Notes under the pieces: model-generated
The model's input: the letters and a program-made list of their open reading frames with translations, nothing else
Databases searched by the model: none
Told to the model about the DNA's origin: nothing
Translations under genes and position numbers: made by a program
Part shown: positions 23,481 through 36,550 of the stretch, in pieces
How the letters are laid out: each line of letters opens with the position of its first letter
How positions within the stretch are numbered: the stretch's first letter is position 1
Source of the DNA: Octopus sinensis
Lineage: Eukaryota
Length of the DNA stretch: 64,000 bases
Assembly: GCF_006345805.1 (NCBI RefSeq)
Contig: NC_043012.1
Span: 2,356,001-2,420,000, forward strand
Reading direction: 5' to 3'

Positions 23481-24904
23481 CATTCATACACAGAGACACT
23501 CATACACCACCACACCACACACTTTTAAAAGCTTCAACAACCCAACTCCATTTAATTGTCTATATCTTTTAATGAATTGTTTTGTTCTTGATACTATTTG
23601 GGCAAGGCATAAACAACACAACTACCTCACATCTGTTACACTGTGCACCCTGTAAATTCTAAGAGTCTCACGCTTTATTGCAGTTGCAAATTAGCTCTAA
23701 GTCAACCCTGGAACCAAATCTGGGACACATACACACACGTTTATAGATAAAAAATAACTCAGTTATCATTCAGCTAGTGTTAGGAACATAAATTGTGACT
23801 AAGGTTTGGTGGAAGATTTTAATTCAAAACTTATGAAAACAAGACATTTGTACTACAGAACCAGAGCCGGTTTCAGCTGGGTTGGTATTGAAAGGGTTAA
23901 TGTAATTTTGGTAAATATAGCTATTAAAATGACATGTCAATGTTATTTTCATTTTTGAATAATTTAGACGACAATTTATTCACTGCACCCTGTATATATG
24001 TGTGTGTGTGTGTTTGTGTGTGTACATGTACACCTAAGAGTACAATGGACTATGCATTACTAAAGAAGATAAGAAGAGTAAGTTATATTGCATACGATTC
24101 CATTATACTCAGCAGCTGTTGTTTAGTCTCGGTCCAGCTGAATCAAGTTTAAGTGTGATCAAGACTGTTTCAGCCAGAGGTAACCCATCTTTTATTCGGA
24201 CACAGTATATCTAAGACAACATTATTCAATATATCCTTTCAAGTCGATCATTAAGCCTTGGTCAGTTCTAATCTAGCAGGTCAGTGAGCAAAGGTTTTTC
24301 CAGCTGTGACCATCCTGTCTTTTATTGAGACACACAGTATATATGAATGCATCATTTAAAGTGGCTTTCCTTTTTTAAGACAGAAGAGTGTGATTTGAGG
24401 GAGTTTGGTTGCTATTTCTAGAAGACTGAATAGCAATGTTGAGGCTTCCTCATCAGCTTGATTTCATTTTAACTAGAGTTTCAGATATTTTGTTTGTTCA
24501 GCCTACATGGATCCTTACTCATATACTAATCAGGGCAAGCAATTACTAATCTCAAATAGATTCTCTATATTCTGCTTAAAGATAACTGAAAAAGGTGATG
24601 GGTGTTGCCCCTCTATCTTCATATAAATAAATGAAAGAAAAAAAGAAGTTTCTTCTTTCCTAAGAGATCAGGAAAACACACAAACACACAACACACACAC
24701 ACACACACATTTACTAACTACTCTTCACTAACTGATAGTAATATGATCTTTGTATATGTTGTTTGGAATTTATAAAGGAAAATTAGCAAATAGGTACCAA
24801 TTTGGATATAATATTTGTACAGCTATATCTATAGTAGATTATAGTAAGTAATATGCAAGGTACATTCCAGAAGTTTTGAAATTTTCCAGGCGAAATAGTT
24901 ATCA

Positions 24905-25231
24905 GAGTAAAGATTATTTGCCAACATAATATGGCAGTCCTGGTTTAGGATGAATGTTGCTGTAATTTTGCCCCAGGAGACATCGTCTCCAGCTGGTTAT
25001 ACAACACGATCTGTGTCCTTATATTTTCAAACAAGGGAAATAACCTGGAAATCGCAATACACATATATTGTTTTGAGCTGAGCGGGGGAGCTAGATTCCC
25101 TTGTTCGAAAATATAAGGGCACAGATCGTGTTGTATAGCCAGCTGGAAATGATGTCTCCTGGGGCTAAATTACAACAACATTTGTCCTAAACCAGGACTG
25201 CCATGTTATGTTGGCAAATAATCTTTTACTC
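24905..25231. mobile_element. Fold-back MITE with about 130-bp inverted arms
   Basis: GAGTAAAGATTATTTGCCAACATAA..AAGGGAA mirrored by TTCCCTTG..TTGGCAAATAATCTTTTACTC; about 55-bp spacer. Confidence 0.85.
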
Positions 25232-25389
25232 CAAAGTACTGTTGCTGAATATCTCTCGTTGTAAGATTTACAAATAGTAAGTTTCTAATTTACTCTTTTA
25301 CTTGTTTCAGTCATTTGATGCGGCCATGCTGGAGCACTGACTTTAGTCGAGCAAATCGACCCCAGGACTTATTCTTTGGAAGCCTAGTA

Positions 25390-26916
25390 GGATCTTTTCA
25401 CTTTGACCGGCAGATTTAAAAAATAATTTCTTTGTAACTAAACACTTTTAAACTTCCTATACTGGTAGAATGAGAAAATTCTGTAGCTTGTAAGCTATTT
25501 GTTGTTAAATTTCTTGCATTTCGGCAATTTCAACCAATCAATGACGTCTATTGAGGTGAATACAATTACTGTTGTTGTTTGTTAACAACAACTTCCTGCG
25601 GTTTTTATTTATGACACATTTCATATTAGTCACGTTCATATGAATAAAAGATTATCGTTATTAAACTTTTATTAATAAACACATATTCTAAGTTCACAAT
25701 ATATGCAGTTTTAATTTCCTTGTCTGTTGCACAGATACTCACATTACATATTATATATTCGTTTAAAAAACAGATTGAAATGCAACAAAATAGATCGATA
25801 CTCGGTCACCGGCACCGGATACCACAACTTATATGAAACATTAAACATACATTATGAGGGCTAAACTGATTAAAATGATTACGATATAGAAGGCATTAGT
25901 AAATTATATATTTAGCCCCCTGCCCATTCAAAGTACCCTGGATCCCAGAACGTCCCGCTGTGCTTGAGGAGACCTGTTGAGTCAAGTACATGAACATGAA
26001 CATCGAAATAAATATCAATGGAAATAGTAGTTGTGATACCTGTGCTGGTGGCACATAAAAAGCACCATCCGTACGTGGCCGTTGCCAGCGCCGCCTCGAC
26101 TGGCTTCTGTGCTGGTGGCACATAAAAAGCACCATCCGTACGTGGCCGTTGCCAGCGCCGCCTAGACTGGCTTCTGTGCTGGTGGCACATAAAAAGCACC
26201 ATCCGAACGTGGCCGTTGCCAGCGCCGCCCCGACTGGCTTCTGTGCCGGTGGCACATAAAAAGCACCCACTACACTCGCGGAGTGGTTGGCATTAGGAAG
26301 GGCATCCAGCTGTAGAAACTCTGCCAGATCAGACTGGAGCCTGGTGCAGCCCCTGGCTTCCCAGACCCCGGTCGAACCGTCCAACCCGTGCTAGCGCAGA
26401 AAACGAACGTTAAACGATGATAATGATGATGATGATTACGGGTGTATATACCAAATTAAATATGTACTTAGTGTGTAACCCAGATTTTGGTGGGTGGGTG
26501 GGTGTCTTGTGTTTACAAGAAAGAAACAAAGAAAAGGTGACAAGGTTTGGGTGTTGAAATTTGTAAGCGTATAGTGATGTATAAATACATTTTAATATAT
26601 GAATAACTTAATGAATAAAGGGTATTAATGATGAGAAATGATAATTAATAAATGAATGAAACAGTATTACATATAACAGATCTTTTCACTTTGACTGGCA
26701 GATTTAAAAAATAATTTCTTTATAGACATTGATTGGTTGAAATTGCCGAAATGCAAGAAATTAAACAACAAATATCTTACAAACTACAGAATTTTCTCAA
26801 GAAAGCCAAGAGAAAAAGATGTTTTATGTAACACATTCTACCAGTATACGAAGTTTAAAAGTGTTTAGTTACAAAGAAATTATTTTTTAAATCTGCTAGT
26901 CAAAGTGAAAAGATCC
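25390..26916. mobile_element. DNA transposon with GGATC..GATCC long TIRs and 8-bp TSD, inserted in a family A SINE
   Basis: TIR GGATCTTTTCACTTTGAC..CAGATTTAAAAAATAATTTC mirrored at about 26850-26916; TSD GCCTAGTA / ACCTTGTA; host SINE halves at 25290-25389 and 26925-27220. Confidence 0.8.
26041..26267 (+). repeat. 67-bp minisatellite (3.4 copies) inside an RTE-type 3' end
   Basis: TGTGCYGGTGGCACATAAAAAGCACC units start at 26041, 26108, 26175, 26242. Confidence 0.9.
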
Positions 26917-27788
26917 ACCTTGTACTTATTCTATCGGTCTCTTTTGCCAAACCGCTAAGTAACGGGGACATAAACACACCACCATCGGATGTCAAGTGAT
27001 ATAGGGGGGACAAACACAGACACACAAACATATACACACACATGCATATATATATATACATATATACGATGGGCTTTGAGTTTCCATCAACCAAATCCAC
27101 TCACAAAGCTTTGGTCAGCCTGAGGCTATAGTAGAAGACACTTGCCCAAGGTACCACGCAGTGGGACTGAACCCAGAACCATGTGGTTGGTAAGCAAGCT
27201 ACTTACCACACAGCCACTCATTGGTTTCAAAGAAGTACAAAGCTCTAATCTCCTTTAATGTAGGATCCTCTGACTTCAGTACAGTTTTGTTGTAGCACCC
27301 CTACCACTTTTGGTTGGCCCTATGGAAGTCCTCCAAAAAATTATTTTTAAATCTGCCAGTCAAAGTGAAAGATCCACCTTGTACTTATTCTATCGGTCTC
27401 TTTGCCAAACCGCTAAGTAACGGGGACATAAACAACACCACCATCGGATGTCAAGTGATATAGGGGGACAACACAGACACACAAACATATACACACACAT
27501 GCATATATAATATACATATATCGATGGGCTTTGAGTTTCCATCAACCAAATCCCTCACAAAGCTTTGGTCAGCCTGAGGCTATAGTAGAAGACACTTGCC
27601 CAAGGTACCACGCAGTGGGACTGAACCCAGAACCATGTGGTTGGTAAGCAAGCTACTTACCACACAGCCACTCATTGGTTTCAAAGAAGTACAAAGCTCT
27701 AATCTCCTTTAATGTAGGATCCTCTGACTTCAGTACAGTTGTTGTAGCACCCCTACCACTTTGTGTTGGCCCTATGGAAGTCCTCCAA
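26876..27788 (+). repeat. About 460-bp tandem duplication (possibly an assembly artefact)
   Basis: 26876-27336 repeated at 27337-27788, differing mostly by 1-bp indels. Confidence 0.85.
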
Positions 27789-30719
27789 AGTGAAGGGGTT
27801 CAGGATTCTTGTCACAGCCTCCTTCAGCCTGGAGAACCACCAAAAATCAGAGGGAGTAAAGTTTGGACTGTAGGTCACCAAGATAGAATTGTGAATTGGT
27901 ACATTGACCTGGTCGAGGTGCCCCAGCCTTTTGTGACAAAATCTCTTCCTGAATTCCTTCAAAACCTCCACGAAGTACTCATTGTTGACTGCCTGGCCAG
28001 AGGGAAACCAGTGAATGTAGATGATGCCCATATTGTTGAAAAAGTGGATTACCACGAGCTTCCTGGTGGATTTGCTTTCGCCTGGTTTCTTGTGCCAGTG
28101 AAAAACAAATGCTTGGCTCATATAAGTTAGTCCTTAAGCAGCCAGGAGCATTTCATAAGTTTCATGAGGGTTTTGCCCAGTTTAACATAAAACTCTATTA
28201 CATAGCACGATTACAAATTGTCTTCAAGCCGGCAAACTAGTCAGATGTGTGACAAGCAGTGTCTAGTTGGGTGTATTAAAAGTGTTCTTACAGCCATCTT
28301 CTTTAATCTGGAATAACGCAAATTGGCAAGTCAGCTTGTTAGATGTGTAGTAATGATATACTGAAATTACAACAATCTAGGACAATTATATCTGCCTCTC
28401 TTTAAAAATCTCAAAACTTCTGGAATGCAGCTTGTATAATATAACTTTATTTCATAGTGTATATCATTTTACATTAAAATTCTTCAGCTGTTAATGTAGT
28501 AGGTTTTGGAATTTGCATTCTTTAGTCCTCACTCCACCTTTTTTTTTAAAGGTGTGTTTGGTAGAATCATAAAAATTCCTCAAATAATGATTTAATAAAT
28601 TTATTTATAAGAGATAAATAATTTACATGTATTAGTAACAGCGGAATCAACTCAAATCATGCATGACTTTCACAAAAAATTTTCCACACTCAAAATTGTC
28701 TAAGTATTGAATAAACTACCTATGTCAGTTGTTACCTTTCACAATAATCTCAAAATTTTAATCTCAACGGGGATAGTCCCATGCAGCTTGGACTAAAGCT
28801 TTCTCATGTAATATCTTAGCCAAATCTCAAAGTACTGATGTGACTTACTGAGCTCTTTGGTGTGACCTATAAGGGCTAGGTAGGTTCAGTTGTTATATTA
28901 GTCCAGGCTCCCAAAAATCAAACAGAAGCCTGTAACTATATCAGCAGAGTTTCCCCACCCCACAATATGAATTTTCAGAGGTGTCCCCCAACATCCTGAG
29001 GGCTAAAAGCATTCTTATTCCACCTTGTAAAATTCCTCTCAGGCCCTACCCTCAAGTGGTTGTTGGACACCCTATTCATGCACCCTTTTGTATCTCTCCT
29101 TCAGAGCTACATGCACAGATATAAGAATCTTCAGAGAACTACCCTACTTCTCCTGACCCTCTTACCCTCAACTCAAGAAGAGCCAACAAAGAAGTATTAA
29201 AATAGCTGCTTGGTTTTCTAGAAATAGCAGCCAAATCTCTCTCTCTCTCTCTCTCTCGCAAACCTGACTCTACCAACTTTAATAAAAAGAAGAATATATT
29301 GTATGTGAGCCTAGATGCACTATGTCTGAGAATATGAAAGGATGGTCATTGCTGGAATGCCTTTCATCATGACTGCTTGATCAGGGTTAATATGGTGTTA
29401 ATCAATGCACATTCCTAAGCCACTCCAATTCTTCCAGCAGCCCACCCACCCTGTTATAAGTTGGTTGAATCACAATGAATGAATGAATGAATGAATGATG
29501 ATGTAAGAATAGTTTGACAGCATTAATATTTTTTTAGCAGTGGTAGTTGAAATTACATGAAAGAAGAGAAAAGTTGGGGGTTGAAGGTTGTTAGACTTTG
29601 CGTGTTTCTTTATGTGATTTTATCATCGTCTTTAAAAAAGGCTGACTGGGTGATATACAAACAATAATCCTTTCATTATCCGATCCAAACACAGCTGGTT
29701 TTGAATTAATTGCTTCGATTTTAGTGTAAATGATACGAAAAAACGATGTGCACTAAATTGAGACAGACAGAAGGAAGAAACAGAAAACTTATTTCGTTAA
29801 AAGACAGTAGGATAGGTTTTGAGAGAGACTTGACTTCTATTTTTAGTAGGTCCAACGATCACCTAGAGGCCCCCAACAGAGCGACTTTTATTAAGCTAAG
29901 TTCTGTCAAGACCAGTTTGTGCTACATTGGCTTCGAGAAAAACACGGATGTCATATATCATTTTTCCCTCCGTTATAAACCTCAATAATTTGAGAGAACA
30001 TGGAAGCCTCTTATTTAGTCGCTCAGCTCGCTAGAAATATCAGCCAAATTTCCTTCACATTACGGCTCTCTCATCTTTAAAGAAAAAAGGGTAAGGACAC
30101 ATAGCACAATGCTTTCCCAGGATCGTTCAAACCGAAAAGATCCCTTTCCCAGATATACTATGCCTGGATTCTTTGAGTGGAATACAATTTCAGAAATGCA
30201 TTTAAAATAATAAACTAACAAGACAAACCATTGTGTGAGCTTCTGTGCCTTTGCCCGATCTGCTAGAAATGGCAGCTAAGATATCCCTGATCTTACAAAA
30301 TGAAGAACACTGTATAGGAAGTCTGAGAAATACATGCAGGTTAAGTGATCGTGAGTGAACTATATCTAATGTCATATTTGCTTGATCGGAGCTGACTGGA
30401 GGTTAAACAACAAGCATCAGTCAACGTCTTTGATAGTATAAGAAATTATTAGAGCGCCAGGCAAGATCTCTCTAAAGCAGACCTGAGCAACCTTTTCCGA
30501 GAAGCGGGTTGCACAAGGCATGGCTCGTAATTAGGTAGGCCGCATTACTTAAAATATTCTAGATAATTTTTCGTTTGGCTTGTCATTCAGGAAGTCCAAC
30601 AGAACACAAGTTGCTCTTGACAGCAACTTGTACTCAGTTTGTTCTCTCATTTCGCCCAGTACAATAACTTTGAATCATAGGTAAAAAGCTGAATCAACAA
30701 CATCGTCCTCTTTTTACTT

Positions 30720-31005
30720 GGATCTTAACCTTTTGACCTACAGATTTAAAAAACAATTTTTTGTAACTAAACACTTTCAAACTTCGGACACTGGTAGAAT
30801 GTGTAATATAAAACATTTTTTTACTCTTAGCGTTTTTGAGAAAAGTTTATGTTTATAAAGTTATTTCGTGTTGAAGTTCTCGTATTTCAGTAATTTCAAC
30901 CAATCAATGTGTTTTATATGACGCATTCTACCAGTATACGAAGTTTGAAAGTGTTTAGTTACAAAAAATTATTTTTTAAATCTGTCGGTCAAAAGGTAAA
31001 GATCC
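30720..31005. mobile_element. MITE of the GGATC..GATCC family
   Basis: TIRs GGATCTTAACCTTTTGACC / GGTCAAAAGGTAAAGATCC; perfect 8-bp TSD TTTTACTT at 30712-30719 and 31006-31013; homologous to 25390-26916. Confidence 0.88.
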
Positions 31006-31688
31006 TTTTACTTAAACAAAAGGGAATTTAGTGAACCAACAAAGCTATTTGCCACTAAAGTTGGATAACCTGCAACACAAGGACCGCACTTGGTTCTTCA
31101 TGACTTTAAGGTACGGCACCCGTAACATCAGGATTATTTAAACATAACGATTTGCTTAAGTTGTATAACAATATTTAGGACTGATCCTAATAATTTGAAC
31201 GATTTCATTCCCTTTTTACTCAATTTCTCATTTACTCACGCTTTCTCCCAATACAGTACTATATTCAATAATCTCAGAATCGGGAGAGTATCGGTATTTC
31301 TTCTGACTCTTTATATTCGGAGTTCAATTCCCGTCGGGGCCAACTCTGCTTTTCGTCCCTCAGAGGTAAATAAAACGAAGTACCTGTCAAGTACTGTGGG
31401 TCGATCGTCTCGACTAAATCCTTCCCCACAAAAGTGCTTAAACTAGAAACCATTATTATTTTTTTCCGGTTTTACGTTCTGAGTTCAAACTCCAGCAAAA
31501 GGCAAAGTTGACTTTGCCTTTTATGTCCCAGGGGTAGATAAAATAAAGATCCAGTCAACATCTGGAGATCAATAACATCGACTAAATTCTTCCCTCCCCC
31601 AAATCACTAGCTTTGTGCCTATAGCAGAAAGAATTATTATTCTTAATACATCCCTGTTCTCTATGGCCATTTGGGCAAATTTTTATAT

Positions 31689-32040
31689 TAACACCCGCAC
31701 GATTTTCACTAAGAAAAAATGAAAAAAAAAAAAACTCGGATTTTTTGCGTGGAATCAAGTACTCTGACCTCCTAATATGCTGCAAATTTTGGTTCGGAAG
31801 AAGAGGGGACCCTCTCATCCAGGAATCATTGGAAAAAAATTTTTTTTTTCGTTGAATGAATTCCTGTGACCTCTTAATATGCTACAAAACCCTTTTTGAG
31901 GTCCGAAAAATGGGATGGAGTGAGGTGGAAGCCACGGAAATTTCACCCCCACCCCCATTGATCTTTTCACCCGCACGATTTTCACGAAGGAAAAAAAATC
32001 GCGCCCAAACTAATTTTTGTGTGTGGGCGGGGAAGATGAA
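31689..32040. repeat. Dispersed repeat with CGCACGATTTTCAC motifs
   Basis: Motif at 31696 and about 31971; homology to 35520-35640 and (reverse) 61637-61717. Confidence 0.65.
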
Positions 32041-32749
32041 CGATTTAAAATAAATATTTCTTAGTTATTGTGTGAGAAAGTATATATATTCTGATGTATA
32101 AAATATAGTATCTTTCAAAAGCATCCTAAATTTATAGACTATACCTTGTGTGTTTACGAAAAAAAAAACATTTTACAGAAATAAATTTTCCAGAGGCTAG
32201 AAATAGTAGCCAAATTTCACTAAAAAAAAAGACAAAGAATTGCACAGTGCAGTGTTTCTTATACAAGAGAGCCTGGCCCCTTTTGTTGTGAGGTTCTGAG
32301 AATTGAAAAGTGGGTGAGCAGATTGCAACCACCACCACCACCACCATTATCGTCATCTTTAATAAATATAAGATGGTTTTTAAACCGTTTAAACTTGTCC
32401 AACAAAGGCCGTCTCAGGGGAAATCATTGCACTGGCTTCATAGAATTTATTTATTGATAGCAAGTTACAGAATATATGGATCAAAATTAGGCCCCATAAA
32501 CCTGTTAACCTCACCTACCCAGCAAACTCCCATTGTGTTCATAATGGATGCAAACATTGTTTTATCTTGTTAATAAAGAAAGAACGGTTGGCGGTGCAAA
32601 ACAATGATACGTCAGGCAACTGGTGTTTGTCAGTACGAGAACCACTGAGCCACTCAGATATATGATGTTTGTTAAATTATGTTTTTTAATTGTATGATGG
32701 GCGATATCGCTCATAAAGTCTGATATTAGAAAAAGGTTACCCATGTGCA

Positions 32750-33132
32750 GTAGTGGTTGTGTGGTAAGTAGCTTGCTAACCAATCACATGGTTCCGGGTT
32801 CAGTCCCACTGCGTGGCATCTTGGGCAAGTGTCTTCTGCTATAGCCCCGGGCCGACCAATACCTTGTGAGTGGATTTGGTAGACGGAAACTGAAAGAAGC
32901 CTGTCGTATATATGTATATATATATGTATGTGTGTGTTTGTGTGTCTGTGTTTGTCCCCCTAGCATTGCTTGACAACCGATGCTGGTGCGTTTACGTCCC
33001 CGTCACTTAGCGGTTCGGCAAAAGAGACCGATGGAATAAGTACTGGGCTTACAAAAAAAAAAAAAAGAAGTCCCGGGGTGCTAAAGGCGGTGCTCCAGCA
33101 TGGCCGCAGTCAAATGACTCAAACAAGTAAAG
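32750..33132 (+). mobile_element. SINE family A (near intact)
   Basis: GTGTGGTAAGTAGCTTGCT head, GGTTCAGTCCC B-box-like, CORE-like CTTGGGCAAGT, tail AAACAAGTAAA. Confidence 0.85.
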
Positions 33133-33379
33133 AGTATGCCTGCTTAATGTGGCCACTCAATCTGCTAAAAGTAGTAGTCAAATCGCTCCTAAATCATATC
33201 CTACCGTTGGATACTGTAATACTAGATATAAAAAAAAGGTTGGGGGATGGTCACGGTTGAAATGCCTCTCTCTGACCATATGTTTACTCATTCAGGACAC
33301 AGAACTGAATCTAAACAATTTACCTTAACATGAAATTTGTTGATATTTAACGATTGCAAATAACGGTTAACTTTGAGAC

Positions 33380-33410
<31 letters not shown>

Positions 33411-36068
33411 GGAGAGAGAGAGAGGAGACCCCTCTTCTCACAAACCCCACTTCTCTGACATTCTGTAGATAACGAAGGTTGAGAATGACAGTTGAATAAA
33501 GGCGGCAGTAAAAGAGAAAGAGCCAACAGCAGTCGTAACATATATATAACGGCCACTGGAGCAGTGTAGTCTTACAAGTGGAAGCGCAATACAAAATGTG
33601 GTTAATAGCAAGTGGCTAATAGCACTTGGGTGCAGTTGAAAAACAGTAGATTTAAATTAAATTAAAAATAGAAAGTGAAGCTTCCTCATTCTTTTTGTTT
33701 TTACTGCATTGTCTCTTGCTGACGCAACAATTTCAATTAAGACTTTTTTTTGTTCCTTGGGTACATCAAGAGGTCTTTTTTGTTGCAAACATTCGAGTAA
33801 GACATCCAGTTTGAGGATAACATAAACCAGTTCTCAGACCCATCTCCCTGGGGCCCAACGGGTCTAATCTACGTATGCTGTGGTTTGTTTAGTAAATAGA
33901 TACCACAGGAGCCAGTGCATTGATTTGCCCGTTGGCCTACTCTGCAACTAAGATGGCCTTGACATCATCCCTTCCTCTGACTAACTTCGGAGGCCCTGAA
34001 AAGGGACTGAGCGCTATACCAACCTTTTATCAATTTAGGTTTTGTGGCTTTTATTGGCCAAGGTCATGTCTAACTTAACAGCATCACCTGGAGTAGTCTT
34101 TTTAAGTTGTTCTATGACATTATAGCCCACCAGAGTTGGGCGTTGTTTGTCGAAGTGTATCCGGGTGTGAGATTCATTTCGGTGAACAGCTACTTCCCAC
34201 TTGAGTAATCATGAAAAATGAATAAATGAAATATTCCTCGCCCCAAGAATTGCAGTGACTTGAGCATCTCTACCTTTACTTTACCCAAGTACTGGACTCC
34301 TTCAATACGAACAAATTAGTTATCTTTTAGAATAAGATTTGGGTTTTGAAGTATAAAAATGCAAAACAGAAAATACCGGAACAATCTTAAACGATTCAAC
34401 AACGCAATTCACTAACTTTTATGAATACTATAAGCTGTGACTATACCATTGGATCTCTTAAAGAAGGTAGGTTGTGGATTGGGGATGACTTAGCTGCGAT
34501 TTCTAGCAGGTCGATTTGGTCTGGAAAAGATAAATTTGTGTGCCGCATGGAAAGGTGAACTCTGACGTTTTGAGCTGGGATTCTTCGATGAAATCAACTT
34601 TTTATGGTGAAGTAGATTAAGGTGGAGTGTTCTGTTCATAACTGCAGCCTATTGCTAATTTTCTCAGACCTGGTCTTTTACTCTTCTTCCTGAACTGTCC
34701 AGTTCTCAATTAACTCCACACAAAAAAAAGCTTTAAGCAAAATGAATACTTTTAATAAATTTTTCTACAAATACTTATACAGTTGGTATAGATTCCGATT
34801 ATACTGGAATTTGTTGTAAATTTTTTTCTCGGAGTCTTAAGCAAACAAAACATTTTCTCTAGTTCATTTATTACGTGTCATTTTCAGTTTGAGCTTACCT
34901 TTTTCAAACTGGAGCCTTTTGTTAAAATGGAAACACGTTTAAGTGCTGCACCAATGTAAGGGCAGTCTAACGCAATTATAAATAGGCATTAAGTTGCAAT
35001 ATTCTTCATCATTAAAAAATGCAACAGTTACATTTTTCTCTGATAGTAGGGAATACTTGTTGTTAACGATTTTTATTGAATTACGCGCCAATGAGGGGCC
35101 TGTCAGTTATGAGTAGTAATTCCGAAAGTCCGACCATGTGTGATCAGAGGTCAGTTCAATTATTGTTATTTTGGAGTTAAACAACAATTTGAAAGCAATA
35201 ATATCAGTGCAATCGGCTTTCAACTATCATCCGATTACGAACACTGAAGGAGCCACTACATGGTCACTCGGTCTGCTAGAAATAACCACGTCCTATCATC
35301 ATAACGAAATGGAAGCTTAAGCCTGAGGGGGAAAAAAATGAAAAGAAATGGTTGTCACCACCGGGGCCAAACGTTTAGGGGTTAGGCCCTTTCCACTTGA
35401 GTTATTTTTAAAACATCTCTATTTATTATGCTTTTTCTTTCTGATTTTTAATTTAAAAAATTACAAGTAGTATTTATTTTAAATAAAAACACAAATGTAT
35501 AAATTTTTTGGCACTAAATTTGGATTTTTTGCGTGGAATCAAGTACTTTGACCTCCTTACCCTAATATGCTACAAATCCCATATTTTGGTTCGGAAAAGG
35601 GGGTGGCGAATTGGATTTTTCTTTTTTCGTTGAATGAATTGCGGTGATATAGAAAGAGTGTATAATATATGTTGTACATACCTTAATTTTCTTTTTCATG
35701 ACATTGTAGCAATTTTATGACAGTGTAGCAAAATAGTAGTCAATTAGATAAAGACTGGCACTACATTTATTTTTCTAATATAGAAACACGATTTTTAATT
35801 TACGGCACAGATTTGAGGAGACAATTTTGTTGACTTCAGCCGTAGAGATATCGCCACATGTTCCAATTTAAAGCCGGTTTCTCTTGATCTCTATCAAATT
35901 GTCAAATTCACATTCGACCAAATAAGACGATATCTTGCTGATATAGAACTATTGGGGTATTTTTTTCAACCTCGTCACATAGTCACATATTTGCACCTTT
36001 CAATTTAAACAAAGTCTTAATTAAGCAATTACGACAAATAAGCAGAAATGTCACGTTCTAATTTTTGT

Positions 36069-36550
36069 CATTCCTGACATTCCAGACATTCCAGACATTC
36101 CAGACATTCCTGACATTCCTGACATTCCAAAGAGGGTGGCGAAGAGATCAAAGAGGTGTGCCGACATAGATTAAAGAGGAGTGCCGACATAGATCAAAGA
36201 GGAGTGCCAACATAGATCAAAGATGGTGCCGAAAGAGATCAAAGGGGCTTCCGCCAGAGATCAAAGATGGTGCCGGCAAAGATCAAAGAGGAGTGCCGAC
36301 AGAGGTCAAAGAGCCTGTTGACAGAGATCAAAGATCGTGCCAACAGAGATCAAAGCCGGTGCTGAAAGAGATCAAAGATGGTGCGGACAGATATTCCAGA
36401 CATTCCTGACATTCCTGACATTCCAGACATTCCAATTTTTGACATACCAGACATTCCTGACATTCCTGACATTCCAGACATCCCAATTTTTGACATTCCA
36501 GACATTCCTGACATTCCAGACATTCAAATTTTTGACATTCCTGACATTCC
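36069..36550 (+). repeat. 9-bp (GACATTCCW)n blocks (36069-36128, 36391-36550) with a short degenerate 22-bp block (36129-36390)
   Basis: Seen directly. Confidence 0.92.

Larger units (their letters stand above)
24854..28437 (-). mobile_element. Mariner-family transposon relic with nested insertions
   Basis: Minus-strand ORF 27753-28121 with GQAVNNEYFVEVL and YSPNFTPSDFWWF..LKE (mariner YSPDLAP.D motif); inverted ends CATTCCAGAAGTTTTGA (24863) and TCAAAACTTCTGGAATG (about 28411). Confidence 0.72.

Noticed and set aside
22942-23655. HART/VRAC-rich ORFs
   Set aside because: Translation of a (GCAC)n microsatellite; the interruptions look like indel noise
33900-34320. Possible decayed coding sequence on minus strand
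   Set aside because: No recognisable motif or consistent splice sites
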